Positions 47,863-59,596 are shown, numbered from the stretch's first letter. The stretch is DNA of 64,000 bases from an uncultured Sphaerobacteraceae bacterium (GCA_964371945.1 CAYJPA010000014.1:6492-70491), one strand, 5' to 3'. Notes: a model not told the origin generated them from the sequence alone. Translations and numbers: made by a program.

Positions 47863-48137
47863 GTGTCAAGGGTTACCGTTGAGGGCCTTACAATCGATGA
47901 TGTGAACGAGGATAAGTTTTGGGCTCATGGCATTCTGGCCGAACAGTCTTGCGGCTTCTGGACTTTGTTCATACGATAAAGAAGAATCGGAGCCGCCGCC
48001 GGGCATCGCATCTTCTCATCGGACGAGACCGGCAAGGAAGATGCATTGCAGTACCGATCGAAAGGACACCGATCGGAACGATCTGGCGTCCAGTGACCGC
48101 CTGGTACTGCAAGAGTCACGAAGAGTCTTGGCTATGA
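47863..48137 (+). pseudogene. BrnT-like toxin with a -1 frameshift at 47946 (pseudogene or sequence error)
   Basis: GGGGAG SD then GTG: MSRVTVEGLTIDDVNEDKFWAHGILAEQ joins VLRLLDFVHTIKKNRSRRRASHLLIGRDRQGRCIAVPIE..WRPVTAW if one G is added. Confidence 0.65.
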
Positions 48138-48153
48138 GCGAAGGAGGCATTAA

Positions 48154-48498
48154 GTGAGTGACGCAGAACTGAAAGAGCTACAAAGTCCCGAAACATGGGA
48201 GCACACGGCTGAAGACAGGCGTGAGCCGGTTAGGTCGCCTCGCGCCATTGTGTCGGTAGCTTTATCAAGAGACGACTTTGAATTCGTGTCCGCCGCCGCC
48301 CGGAGCATGGAAATGAGAACGTCTGAATTCATCCGCGTTGCAGCGGTCGAAAAGGCTCAAATCCACTCCAGGCGTGCGACCGTCATTTCAGCCTCTGGAA
48401 GCTTAGAGGTACGCACGCCTTACCCTGTAACCCACCTCCGTGGATCTAGAGTGCAGCTTGAGTCTGACCCCAAACTTGTGATGGTAGGCAAATTGTAA
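48154..48498 (+). CDS. Putative RHH/CopG-like antitoxin with a C-terminal extension
   Basis: AGGAGG SD; IVSVALSRDDFEFVSAAARSMEMRTSEFIRVAA ribbon-helix-helix pattern; follows the toxin-like gene. Confidence 0.7.
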   Translation: MSDAELKELQSPETWEHTAEDRREPVRSPRAIVSVALSRDDFEFVSAAARSMEMRTSEFIRVAAVEKAQIHSRRATVISASGSLEVRTPYPVTHLRGSRVQLESDPKLVMVGKL

Positions 48499-49337
48499 GA
48501 CATGTGGCGGCAGCCGGGGCGCAATTACTTGTCCGATGCCAGTCCTCGACTCGTTTGGAGTTTGTCTGGACTTTCTCTCGAACGCCAGCACCAGCCCCGG
48601 AGTGATAGTCGTCAGCATTCCCAATAACACCACGTTTGCTTTTGGCGTCTCTGGAATTACCTTGACGCGTTCAAAGCACAAATCACTTCAAACACGTGAT
48701 ATCCGTCTTCAACCACGCTGACAGACTCATCAACTCAGTTCTTTCTAACCTCGATGTCGAACGCGCCCAGTGCAACGAAAACGGCGTTGATGATCCTGGC
48801 GGAATTCATCGCCGGGTCGAATCTGAATTCGACAGAGATGTCTTCGTCGAGTGCGAAAGAGGTGGGAATGTGTGCTCGCGAAGAGTCCACGGATGACCCA
48901 AATGGGGTACTCACCGTGCACCGGCATGTCGATATCGTTTGGTTTGGTCAATCACATCGTTCTCATATGCACAACGATGATCACGAATTCCGCGTCGCTC
49001 CTTGGCATCCATTATGATTAGCTACTGCCCATCGACTGGGCACACCAGTTCGTCCGGCGGTGATGACCATGCACGGCGTCGACCAGTCCTTCAACTTCAA
49101 TTCTTCGCCGTATCGCAATCGGCGCGAAGGCATCAACGCCGGCCCAGGCGTGATTTTTCCGCCTGCGACCTATCCCCGCCACGACGCATGCGAGGCGTGG
49201 CGCTTCTCGTGGCTCGCAAGCGGCGTCGATCCTCCCTCGAAACTTTCCTAAAGCACATCGTCGGTTGTCGGACGAGTCGGGTCAATTGATTTCCCGCGTC
49301 TCGAGCTGGCTATTCAGTTTTGCGAGAAGGGTTCAAC

Positions 49338-50774
49338 ATGTTCACGATCAATTCAATCGATCAATTACTTGCACCAGGATATGACACGGACAAAGTCCGC
49401 CAGGCGATCCGCGACAATGTCTGGCTGCATTTCACCAACATGCAAGAAGTGCAAAGCGCGGAGAGCCGCCCGCTTGTGCTCGTGCGAGGGGAAGGATGCA
49501 CGGTTTGGGACAGCGAAGGTAACGAATACCTCGATCTCCTCGCGGGCATTTACTCCGTGAACGCCGGTTATGGCCGTAGACGGATCATGGAAGCCATGAT
49601 GGCGCAGCTCGAGAGCCTCGCCTTTGTGAATCCATTTGGCTTCACAAGCGTGCCCACGGCGGTGCTCGCCGACCGGTTGGGCGAGCTTGCGCCTTTGGGA
49701 GGGAATGCGCGCATCTTCTTCACCTCGGGGGGCTCGGAGGCGGTCGAGAGCGCCCTTAAACTTGCGAAGCAGTATCAGATGCAGCGCGGCTTTCCGAATC
49801 GGTACAAGACGATTTCACGCCGAACCGCCTGGCACGGCACAACAATTGGGGCACTCTCGGTCAACGGGCTCACCGCCGCCCGAAACTCGTTTGGTCCCCT
49901 GGTACCCGGAGCGCGCCACGTGCCAATGTCGCATCGTTATCGCTGCCCCTACTGCCAGAAGGATTCGGCATGCAATATGACCTGCTATGACGAGATCGAG
50001 CGCATGGTCGAGTTCGAGGGTCCAGAGACGGTTGCGGCGATCATCACCGAGCCGGTGCAGAATGCAGGCGGGTGTATCCCGCCTGGCTCAATGGACTACT
50101 TCAAAAAAATCCGCTCGCTCTGTGACGAAACCGGCATTCTGATGATCATGGATGAGGTGATCTGCGGGTTCGGACGCTTAGGTGAGCTTTTTGCCTCGAC
50201 CTATTACGATGTCGTCCCAGACCTCATCACAACCGCGAAGGGGATCACCTCATCGTATGCGCCGCTCGGCGCGGTCATGGCTCGGAAATCGATCGCGGAC
50301 GTCTTCAACGACGGCCCTGGCTTCCTCCACGGGTTGACCTTTGGCGGACATCCAGTTTGCACCGCGGCGGCGATCGCCAACCTGGACATCTTTCTCGAGG
50401 AAGATCTGGCAGGCAAGGCAAAGGCGACGGGCGCCTATTTGCGACATCAATTAGAATCGCGGCTTGGCAATCACCCGAACGTTGGCGATATTCGCGGCGC
50501 CGGGCTCTTCCTTGGGATCGAAGTCGTCTCCGACAAGGCAACCAAGGAGTCCCCCCCGTACGACGCGGAGGTGCTGCAATGGATGACCGATCAAATGCGA
50601 TCACAAGGTCTCATTCTGCGCAACGACGGACGCGGCGACCCGACCACGCAGCTTTGCCCGCCGCTTGTGATCACCACGGAAGAGTGCGACCGGGTCGTGG
50701 ACGTACTTGAGCACACGTTCAACGGACTTGGCCGCAAGATCGGCTCAATCGGCACCGCACATACGGTGGCGTAG
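49338..50774 (+). CDS. Class III PLP aminotransferase (omega-amine:pyruvate type)
   Basis: WLHFT, WDSEGNEYLD, SGGSEAVE, AWHGTT, EPVQNAGG, DEVICGFGRLG and AKGITSSYAPLG. Confidence 0.92.
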   Translation: MFTINSIDQLLAPGYDTDKVRQAIRDNVWLHFTNMQEVQSAESRPLVLVRGEGCTVWDSEGNEYLDLLAGIYSVNAGYGRRRIMEAMMAQLESLAFVNPFGFTSVPTAVLADRLGELAPLGGNARIFFTSGGSEAVESALKLAKQYQMQRGFPNRYKTISRRTAWHGTTIGALSVNGLTAARNSFGPLVPGARHVPMSHRYRCPYCQKDSACNMTCYDEIERMVEFEGPETVAAIITEPVQNAGGCIPPGSMDYFKKIRSLCDETGILMIMDEVICGFGRLGELFASTYYDVVPDLITTAKGITSSYAPLGAVMARKSIADVFNDGPGFLHGLTFGGHPVCTAAAIANLDIFLEEDLAGKAKATGAYLRHQLESRLGNHPNVGDIRGAGLFLGIEVVSDKATKESPPYDAEVLQWMTDQMRSQGLILRNDGRGDPTTQLCPPLVITTEECDRVVDVLEHTFNGLGRKIGSIGTAHTVA

Positions 50775-50784
50775 TGAAACCTGG

Positions 50785-50827
50785 ACGCAACAAGGGCCCG
50801 GCGGATTTTGCCGGGCCCTTGTTGCGT
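50785..50827. terminator. Bidirectional terminator between the convergent aminotransferase and ftsH genes
   Basis: ACGCAACAAGGGCCCGGC-N7-GCCGGGCCCTTGTTGCGT, 18-bp stem. Confidence 0.8.
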
Positions 50828-50841
50828 TAGTTTCGATTGAC

Positions 50842-52872
<2,031 letters not shown>

Positions 52873-53063
52873 TTATGCGTTCCATTTCCTGTCGGCACCA
52901 CTGTTGGAGGATCCGGCGGTTGTTTCGCGGGGATTTCGCTCCCGGTCGGTGTTCATGCAATACACGCAACAATGCGCCACATGGCGCTGTTTTCATCATG
53001 AATGCTAGGTGGTTCCCGATCAGATGTCTATGTACGTCGCACCAGATGCTACGTTCATGCTAC

Positions 53064-53960
53064 TTAAACGGAGAACCGGTCGCGCTCGCCACTGATCCGC
53101 CAGGAGTTGGTGTAGACGGCTCGACGTCCATCTAGCACGCGTCCGACCAGTGTTGCCCCAGCCGCGTGCGCGATCCGGACGGCCTCCGCGGTTGGCAGAG
53201 ACCGGGTCGCGATAATAGGGAATCGAGCTCGCCACGCCTTCAACATGATATCCGCGCTGACCCGGCCCGACAGACAGAGAATTCTGCGCTCGATCGCTGG
53301 TTCCTTTAGAATCGCCTGACCGACGACTTTGTCAACCGCGCAATGGCGAGACAGGTCTCGCATCGCGACTACATTGCCGGATCGATCGATCGATGCGGCA
53401 TGATGGTGTCCACCTGCACTGCAGTCCCTTCGGAAGATTTCAAACGAGTAATTCACAACCTTGAGGAAAGTTGCGGTCGAAACAACCCAGCCATTGTCTT
53501 GATCTTGTCCCGGCAGTGCCTCTAGTCCGAGGTCATCCAGTGCCTCACCGCAAAATGCGCTAGCATCGAAACCTACCCCCATCAGTGCCTGCCAGGTCGT
53601 TCCCCCGGGCCCAGGCGCGTCAATCATGACCGAAACCCTGTTCGCGCGCACGGTGACTGAGCGAATCTCGCCAGCATCCCGCACGAATCCGTGGCTGTAG
53701 ACCCATCCTGCGCCTAGTTCGCGAAGATCGCTCGGAGTACAGAGCAATGTGGCCGCCGGCCGGCCGTTGATCTCGATCGTGACTGAGTATTCTTTTGGCA
53801 GGTCATCGATCGCGGGCTCCGCGTCGAACATCGGCGTGTCAGCCTGGTCGCTTCGAAGGGAAGGAAGTGTCGCCGGCTGGGAGACATCACGCGGCGTCAA
53901 GGAGCTCACCCATGAACGACGCGCAACGTCGTATCGGCGCATCGAGTCACCTCGTTGCAC
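53064..53960 (-). CDS. fdhD: FdhD-like sulfurtransferase (divergent)
   Basis: CTPSDLRELGAGWVYSHG, GGHHHAA, DLSRHCAVDKVVG, SGRVSAD and SLPTAEAV. Confidence 0.75.
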   Translation of the reverse strand: MQRGDSMRRYDVARRSWVSSLTPRDVSQPATLPSLRSDQADTPMFDAEPAIDDLPKEYSVTIEINGRPAATLLCTPSDLRELGAGWVYSHGFVRDAGEIRSVTVRANRVSVMIDAPGPGGTTWQALMGVGFDASAFCGEALDDLGLEALPGQDQDNGWVVSTATFLKVVNYSFEIFRRDCSAGGHHHAASIDRSGNVVAMRDLSRHCAVDKVVGQAILKEPAIERRILCLSGRVSADIMLKAWRARFPIIATRSLPTAEAVRIAHAAGATLVGRVLDGRRAVYTNSWRISGERDRFSV

Positions 53961-54063
53961 AACTATTGCTCCTCAGCGGGGTTGTTTGATCGGGGTTAAT
54001 TGGTAACCAGCACCAGCGGTGCCTCACTGTCAATATAGGACCAGATGACGGAGATGTCGAGTC

Positions 54064-54414
54064 CTAGGACCCCTCTTTTTTTGTCCACCATGCTGGAACC
54101 GCAAAGGGATCGGGTTCGCCGTGTGCATAGCCGGACCACTCAACGAGCGGTGAGCGCCGAAGAATGCCTGGAATCACTTGACCGTGGATGACCATCTTGG
54201 AATATGTCTCGTTCTCCCCCCACCGGGCGAGCGCCTCGTCGTAGGCGGCTTTGGCTTCTGGATCGGTCTGCAGTACCTCGATGAACTGCACGGTCGTGAA
54301 CTGATCGGCGTCGATTCGTTCCAGAATGTCGACCGCGGCGGGCGTGAGGAGCTCGATCAGCTCGTCAACGAGGTCCGGCTTGATGATGTCGCCATGACCT
54401 CGATTGGTAGCCAT
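54064..54414 (-). CDS. Hypothetical protein
   Basis: 116-aa ORF, AAAGGTGA SD, host-like codon usage. Confidence 0.7.
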   Translation of the reverse strand: MATNRGHGDIIKPDLVDELIELLTPAAVDILERIDADQFTTVQFIEVLQTDPEAKAAYDEALARWGENETYSKMVIHGQVIPGILRRSPLVEWSGYAHGEPDPFAVPAWWTKKEGS

Positions 54415-54546
54415 AACTCACCTTTCAGAGCTTGAACCGAGTAAACATCTAGGATGACGCCACCGAACGGGCCTCAAGGTGAATGATAGGATGTAGCGAA
54501 CCCACTGCCATGCGGGTTCAAAGTTGCCCGCTCAGGAGAATTCCAA

Positions 54547-55779
54547 ATGATCGACTCAATCGCGTCAACTGACTCCCTTCCCTCCTCTGCCGATGCCGTC
54601 GTGATCGGCGGCGGTGTCAACGGTCTTTCGACCGCATTTCAGCTCACCAAGCGTGGCGTCAAGAATGTCGTGGTGCTGGAGAAGGGTCATTTGGGATCAG
54701 GCGCGTCCGGCAAGTCGGGAGCGCTCGTGCGTGCGCACTACTCCAATGTCCCCGAAGCACAATTGACGCATGAAAGTCTCAAGATCTTCAAGAACTGGGG
54801 CGACCTCGTGGGTTACGGCGATCCAGGATACATCGAGACCGGATTCGTCCGGGTCGTCGCTCCCGAAGATGAAGCGGCGCTCTGGGCAAATGTGGCCGCG
54901 ATGCGAGAGGAGCTCGGCATCGACACGTGGGTCGTCACGCCAAAGGAGCTCGCCGAGATCGAGCCACTGATGCGGACCGACGATCTCACCGTCGCCGCCT
55001 TCGAGCCTGCAGCCGGCTACTGCGATCCCAACTCGACGATCTACGGATTCGCGCGGGGCGCGCAGGCGAATGGCGCCAAAATCGGAACATTCTCCACCGC
55101 GACACGGGTCATCGTAGAGAACGGACGCGTGACGGGTGTGGCAACCGATAAGGGCACGATCGCGACCGAAAACGTGTTGATTGCCGCGGGAGCAACCGCC
55201 GACAGGCTGTTGACACCGCTCGGGATCGATCTCGGGTTGATCCCATGGCGTTCGCAAGTTGTCGTCTTTCGGTGGCCGCCGGAGATCGACCACGCTCGAA
55301 AACACCGTGTCGTGATCGACTCGACCCAGCACTCATGGTTCCGGGTCGAAGGCAATGCCGGCACGTTGATCGGCGCCGAGTATGGCGACCGGAAGGCGGA
55401 TCCAGACAATTTCAACGAATCGGTCGATCAGGGTTATGTCGATCATGCACGCAGCGCCCTGGCCAATCGGTTTCCGGCGTTCCAGCATTCGACGATGCGG
55501 GGCGCGTTTTCGGGTGTTTACATGCAGAGTCCGGATTCCCATCCGATCATCGATCAAATCTCCGATATTCCCGGCCTGTACGTGATGGCGGGAGATGCCG
55601 GCACATCGTTCAAAACGTCCCCCGCGATCGGGGTCTGTCTCGCCGAATGGATTACCGACGGCATTCCGAGCCTGGTTGATCTCACTCCGTTTCGCGCGTC
55701 CCGGTTCGCGGAAGGCAAGCCGTGGGTTGACGAATTCTCGTACGACGCTCGGGGCGCGGAGCGAACGATTGCCAGGTAA
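54547..55779 (+). CDS. FAD-dependent oxidoreductase (sarcosine oxidase beta/DAO family)
   Basis: VIGGGVNG, GASGKSGA, GYCDP, SPDSHPIID and GTSFKTSPAIG. Confidence 0.9.
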   Translation: MIDSIASTDSLPSSADAVVIGGGVNGLSTAFQLTKRGVKNVVVLEKGHLGSGASGKSGALVRAHYSNVPEAQLTHESLKIFKNWGDLVGYGDPGYIETGFVRVVAPEDEAALWANVAAMREELGIDTWVVTPKELAEIEPLMRTDDLTVAAFEPAAGYCDPNSTIYGFARGAQANGAKIGTFSTATRVIVENGRVTGVATDKGTIATENVLIAAGATADRLLTPLGIDLGLIPWRSQVVVFRWPPEIDHARKHRVVIDSTQHSWFRVEGNAGTLIGAEYGDRKADPDNFNESVDQGYVDHARSALANRFPAFQHSTMRGAFSGVYMQSPDSHPIIDQISDIPGLYVMAGDAGTSFKTSPAIGVCLAEWITDGIPSLVDLTPFRASRFAEGKPWVDEFSYDARGAERTIAR

Positions 55780-55787
55780 CGGAGATA

Positions 55788-56834
55788 TCAGTCCTCGCTG
55801 ACATCTCCGCGACGGAGCGAGACGTAGCTTTCATATCGAGCGACTGAGATAGCGCCCTCTTCCAGCGCTTCTCGGATCGCGCAGCCCGGTTCGTGCAAAT
55901 GCGTGCAATTCGGGTAGAAGCACGAACCGAAATACGGGCGGAGCTCGGGGAAGTACGAGTCCATCTCTTCGTTCAAGACTCCCTGGATCGACAGGGCGCG
56001 AATTCCGGGCGTGTCCGCGACGTAGGTGTCGCCCGGCAATCGGAAGATTTCGGCGGCGGTCGTGGTATGGCGACCTTTGCCGGTCGATCTGGAAATCTCG
56101 CCAATGAGGCGTGTGCGATCGGGATCGAGCCTGTTCAGTAGGCTCGATTTTCCGGCGCCGGACGGACCGGCGACGACCGTGATCTTCCCGTGCAGCCGCG
56201 CGGCTAGCTCCTCAATGCCCGTGCTCTCGCGAACCGAAAAATAAAGCACTGGATAGATCGGCTCGTAGTCGGCGAACAGACGGTGAGCAAATGACAGCGC
56301 CTCCCCTGGTTCTCCTTCATCCAGATCGACTTTGTTGATCCCGATGATGACCGGCAATCCACGTGACTCCGCCAGCACCAGAAATCGGTCAAGCATGCGC
56401 CGGTGAGGCTCCGGGTTGCGAACGGAGAAGAAGAGCAGCGCTTGATCGGGGTTCGCCAGAATGACCTGTTCGGTATCTTCCGTGCGGCGGGCGAGACGAG
56501 CGAGAACCGAAGAGCGAGGCTCAACTGTCTCGATTTGGCCCTCGCCTTCGCCGACATCCGTCACCCAGACTCGATCGCCAACGGCGACAAGATCCGTTCT
56601 CAGTCGCTCACGCCGGAGCGAGCCCCGAACCGTGCTCAGGAGAGCTCTCGGCTCATCGCGTAACTGAACGCTGAAGAATTTGCCAAACGCACGAACAACG
56701 ATGCCGGGAAGTGCCGTGGGGGAGGCGTCCGGGGGATAGCTCCAGGGAATCACCTGGACTCCACGCGCCTGTCCCTTTGAATCAAGTTCGATACCGGATT
56801 TCGCTCGCCGCTCGAGCACCGACCGTCTAGTCAC
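55788..56834 (-). CDS. rsgA: Ribosome small subunit-dependent GTPase A
   Basis: AVGDRV, NKVDL, GPSGAGKSSL, GRHTTT, DTPGIR and the C..C.H.EPGC zinc site. Confidence 0.95.
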   Translation of the reverse strand: MTRRSVLERRAKSGIELDSKGQARGVQVIPWSYPPDASPTALPGIVVRAFGKFFSVQLRDEPRALLSTVRGSLRRERLRTDLVAVGDRVWVTDVGEGEGQIETVEPRSSVLARLARRTEDTEQVILANPDQALLFFSVRNPEPHRRMLDRFLVLAESRGLPVIIGINKVDLDEGEPGEALSFAHRLFADYEPIYPVLYFSVRESTGIEELAARLHGKITVVAGPSGAGKSSLLNRLDPDRTRLIGEISRSTGKGRHTTTAAEIFRLPGDTYVADTPGIRALSIQGVLNEEMDSYFPELRPYFGSCFYPNCTHLHEPGCAIREALEEGAISVARYESYVSLRRGDVSED

Positions 56835-57086
56835 GAATTCGCTCTAAAACCATCATCCTCGTTCCCCTAACGTTGCCAATTCTTACCCTGGAGTCTACAC
56901 AGACTGTGCTCACGGGGCGACCCCGCTATTCCGCGCGAACAACGAGCGCTATTTGGGATTCGGAATAGTCACTTCCTTTTTGTAACTGCTACTATTATCC
57001 AAACCCCGGAAGCGATGTTTTGTGTGCATCGTGTGAGGTCGATTGCGGTCCCTGCTGGGCCAGTGAAACGGTTGAGGAGCTGCAAC

Positions 57087-59072
57087 ATGGACACCGCGTT
57101 GTTAATCGCTCGCTTGATCCTCGCCGCGGTGTTTGCCGTGGCAGGTGTTGCGAAACTTCTCGACCGCGAAGGTTCCCGAGAGGGACTCAAAGGCTTTGGC
57201 GTTCCCGCGAATATCGCGGGGCCCGGCGCGGTGGCGCTTCCGATCGTCGAGATCGCGGTTGCCGTTCTTCTGCTCCCGGTCGATACCGCCTGGTACGGAG
57301 CACTGGGTGCGCTTGTGCTGTTGCTCGCTTTCGTTGGCGGCATTGGCTACAACATGTCGGTGGGCCGCACACCCGATTGCCATTGTTTTGGCTCTCTCCA
57401 TTCCGAACCGGCCGGCTGGTCAACACTGATTCGTAATGGCGTTCTCGCCGCGATCGCCGTCTTTGTGGTCGCCGGCGGACCGAACGACCCAGGTCACAGC
57501 TTGATCGGTTGGATCGGCGATCTGTCCACGGGCGAGATTATCCTATCGATCTTCTCCGTGATTGCGCTGATCGCAATTGCGGGCGAGGGTTGGCTGCTCG
57601 TGCATCTCCTCGGCCAGAATGGCCGCGTACTGCTCCGTCTGGATGCAATGGAGGCCATGATCGCCGCGGGCGGAGCCGCGCTTCCTCAGGCGAATGGCGT
57701 GCGGGCCGCCCCGCAGGCGCCTCCCGCGGGTCTTCCCGAGGGCGCTCCGGCGCCGGCATTCAGGCTCGAAGGCATTCACGGCGAGACCATGACGCTCGAG
57801 GCGCTGCGCGCCGCCGGCAAACCAGTGATGCTGGTTTTCTCGGATCCATCATGCGGCCCGTGCAACGCGCTCCTTCCCGATTTGACGAGATGGGAGAAAG
57901 AGCACTCGAGCCAGTTGACCTTTGCTGTTATCAGTCGCGGGGATGCCGCAAAGACTCGCGCCAAATTCTCCGACCTGGGGCTGTCGCACGTGCTCATCCA
58001 AAAGGATCGGGAAATTTCCGATACGTATAAAGCACATGGCACACCGACCGCTGTGATCGTGAAAGCAGATGGGACGATCGGGAGCCCGGTCGCTGGCGGA
58101 GCCGAGTCGATTCGCACGCTTTTTGCAAAGACCACCGGGACGCTGCCGCTCAACGCGATTCCTGCCAGACCGGCTTCAAACGGCGGCGCTAACGGGACCG
58201 CGCCCTTACCGACGGCTCCAAAACCGAGCAAAGTCGGAAATGCCGCTCCTTCCATTTCTTTGCCTGACCTTGACGGCAAAACCGTGAGCCTGGCCGATTT
58301 CAAGGGCAAGAACACCGTCGTTCTCTTTTGGAATCCGGGATGCGGATTTTGCCGGCGAATGGTCGACGACATCAAGAAGTGGGAATCCGACAAACCAGAA
58401 TCCGCCCCGGTGCTACTCGCGGTCTCCACCGGAACGCCTGAAGCGAACAAGGAGCTCGGACTCGGATCAACGGTCATCCTCGACGAGGGATTCAGTATCG
58501 GGCGCGAGTTTGGAGCCAGCGGCACACCATCCGCGATACTCGTCGACGGGAACGGCAAGATTGCGTCCGAGTTGACGGTCGGGGCGCCAGGTGTGCTGGC
58601 GTTGCTCAGCGGCGAGGACCCCGCGAAAGCCGGCAATGGCGCGGCGCCGGACGCCAAGACGATCAAAAAAGGTGATCACGCGCCGGAAGTCAAATTGAAT
58701 GACGTCGAAGGCAAGCCATTCGATCTCGTCGATATGAAGGGATCGAAGACGCTCCTCGTTTTCTGGAATCCGGGATGCGGTTTCTGCAGCCGGATGGTTG
58801 ACGACGTGAAGGCATTCGAAGCGAAACCGCCGAAGAACGCGCCGAAGCTTGTGTTGGTCTCAACGGGCACACCCGAAGCCAATACGGCGCTCGGCCTCAG
58901 CTCAATTACATTGTTGGATCAAGGATTCGATACCGGCCGTGCGTTTGGCGCATCCGGAACCCCGTCGGCCGTGCTAATCGATGCTCGCGGGAAGGTCGCC
59001 TCGGAAGTGGCCGTTGGAGCCCCAGCCGTCCTGGCGCTGGCCGGTGTAACCCCCGAAAAGGTCAACGTCTAG
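57087..59072 (+). CDS. MauE/DoxX-like membrane domain fused to three thioredoxin-like (redoxin) domains
   Basis: DCHCFG MauE motif in the TM region; CGPC, CGFC and CGFC CxxC motifs, each followed by a GTP cis-Pro loop; GAGGAG SD. Confidence 0.85.
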   Translation: MDTALLIARLILAAVFAVAGVAKLLDREGSREGLKGFGVPANIAGPGAVALPIVEIAVAVLLLPVDTAWYGALGALVLLLAFVGGIGYNMSVGRTPDCHCFGSLHSEPAGWSTLIRNGVLAAIAVFVVAGGPNDPGHSLIGWIGDLSTGEIILSIFSVIALIAIAGEGWLLVHLLGQNGRVLLRLDAMEAMIAAGGAALPQANGVRAAPQAPPAGLPEGAPAPAFRLEGIHGETMTLEALRAAGKPVMLVFSDPSCGPCNALLPDLTRWEKEHSSQLTFAVISRGDAAKTRAKFSDLGLSHVLIQKDREISDTYKAHGTPTAVIVKADGTIGSPVAGGAESIRTLFAKTTGTLPLNAIPARPASNGGANGTAPLPTAPKPSKVGNAAPSISLPDLDGKTVSLADFKGKNTVVLFWNPGCGFCRRMVDDIKKWESDKPESAPVLLAVSTGTPEANKELGLGSTVILDEGFSIGREFGASGTPSAILVDGNGKIASELTVGAPGVLALLSGEDPAKAGNGAAPDAKTIKKGDHAPEVKLNDVEGKPFDLVDMKGSKTLLVFWNPGCGFCSRMVDDVKAFEAKPPKNAPKLVLVSTGTPEANTALGLSSITLLDQGFDTGRAFGASGTPSAVLIDARGKVASEVAVGAPAVLALAGVTPEKVNV

Positions 59073-59092
59073 CCGAATCGATCACTTGCCAG

Positions 59093-59120
59093 AAAGGGCG
59101 GCCGATTGGCCGCCCTTTTT
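59093..59120 (+). terminator. Intrinsic terminator
   Basis: AAAGGGCGGCC-GATT-GGCCGCCCTTTTT; a second hairpin lies at 59167-59186. Confidence 0.8.
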
Positions 59121-59208
59121 GCGCCCTAACGCTAGATTCGGATAGGGTACGGTTTACCACACGTAGGGGCGGCTCGTGAGCCGCCCTCGGCACGGCGCTT
59201 CGAACGTT

Positions 59209-59553
59209 TTATGAGGCAGCTTCAGGCCTTGGCGATGCGTCGCTCGCGAGCAATGCTTCCGGGGCCCCGGTGCTGAGAACGGCGATCGAAGTTGATCCGT
59301 CAGGGCCCGCGGCTCTCGCCTGTTGAGCCTGAGTCAATCTGGCGGTTGCGGTCGCGACATTCTGAGTCTTGCGTTGATAGCGGCTACGGGCCTTGTCGAA
59401 CGCCTTCTGTGCCTTTTCCAATCGATTCTGGGCCTTCAGTACGGTGCGTTCAGCATCCCGTTCTGACTGCAGCAGCTTCTTTTCGGCCTTGGCTGAAGCA
59501 CGAAGGAGCTCCTTCGCGGTCGCTGCTTCCAACTGCATTTTCCCTTCAGCCAT
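59209..59553 (-). CDS. Hypothetical Ala/Lys/Arg-rich coiled-coil protein
   Basis: GGAG before ATG at 59553; helical basic sequence. Confidence 0.65.
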   Translation of the reverse strand: MAEGKMQLEAATAKELLRASAKAEKKLLQSERDAERTVLKAQNRLEKAQKAFDKARSRYQRKTQNVATATARLTQAQQARAAGPDGSTSIAVLSTGAPEALLASDASPRPEAAS

Positions 59554-59596
59554 TTCGTCTCCATGCATTCGCTACTGAGGTCCGGCGGAACGCTCA

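Noticed and set aside
47250-49300. TA islet as a mobile element or prophage remnant
   Set aside because: No integrase, transposase, tRNA target or flanking direct repeats were found.
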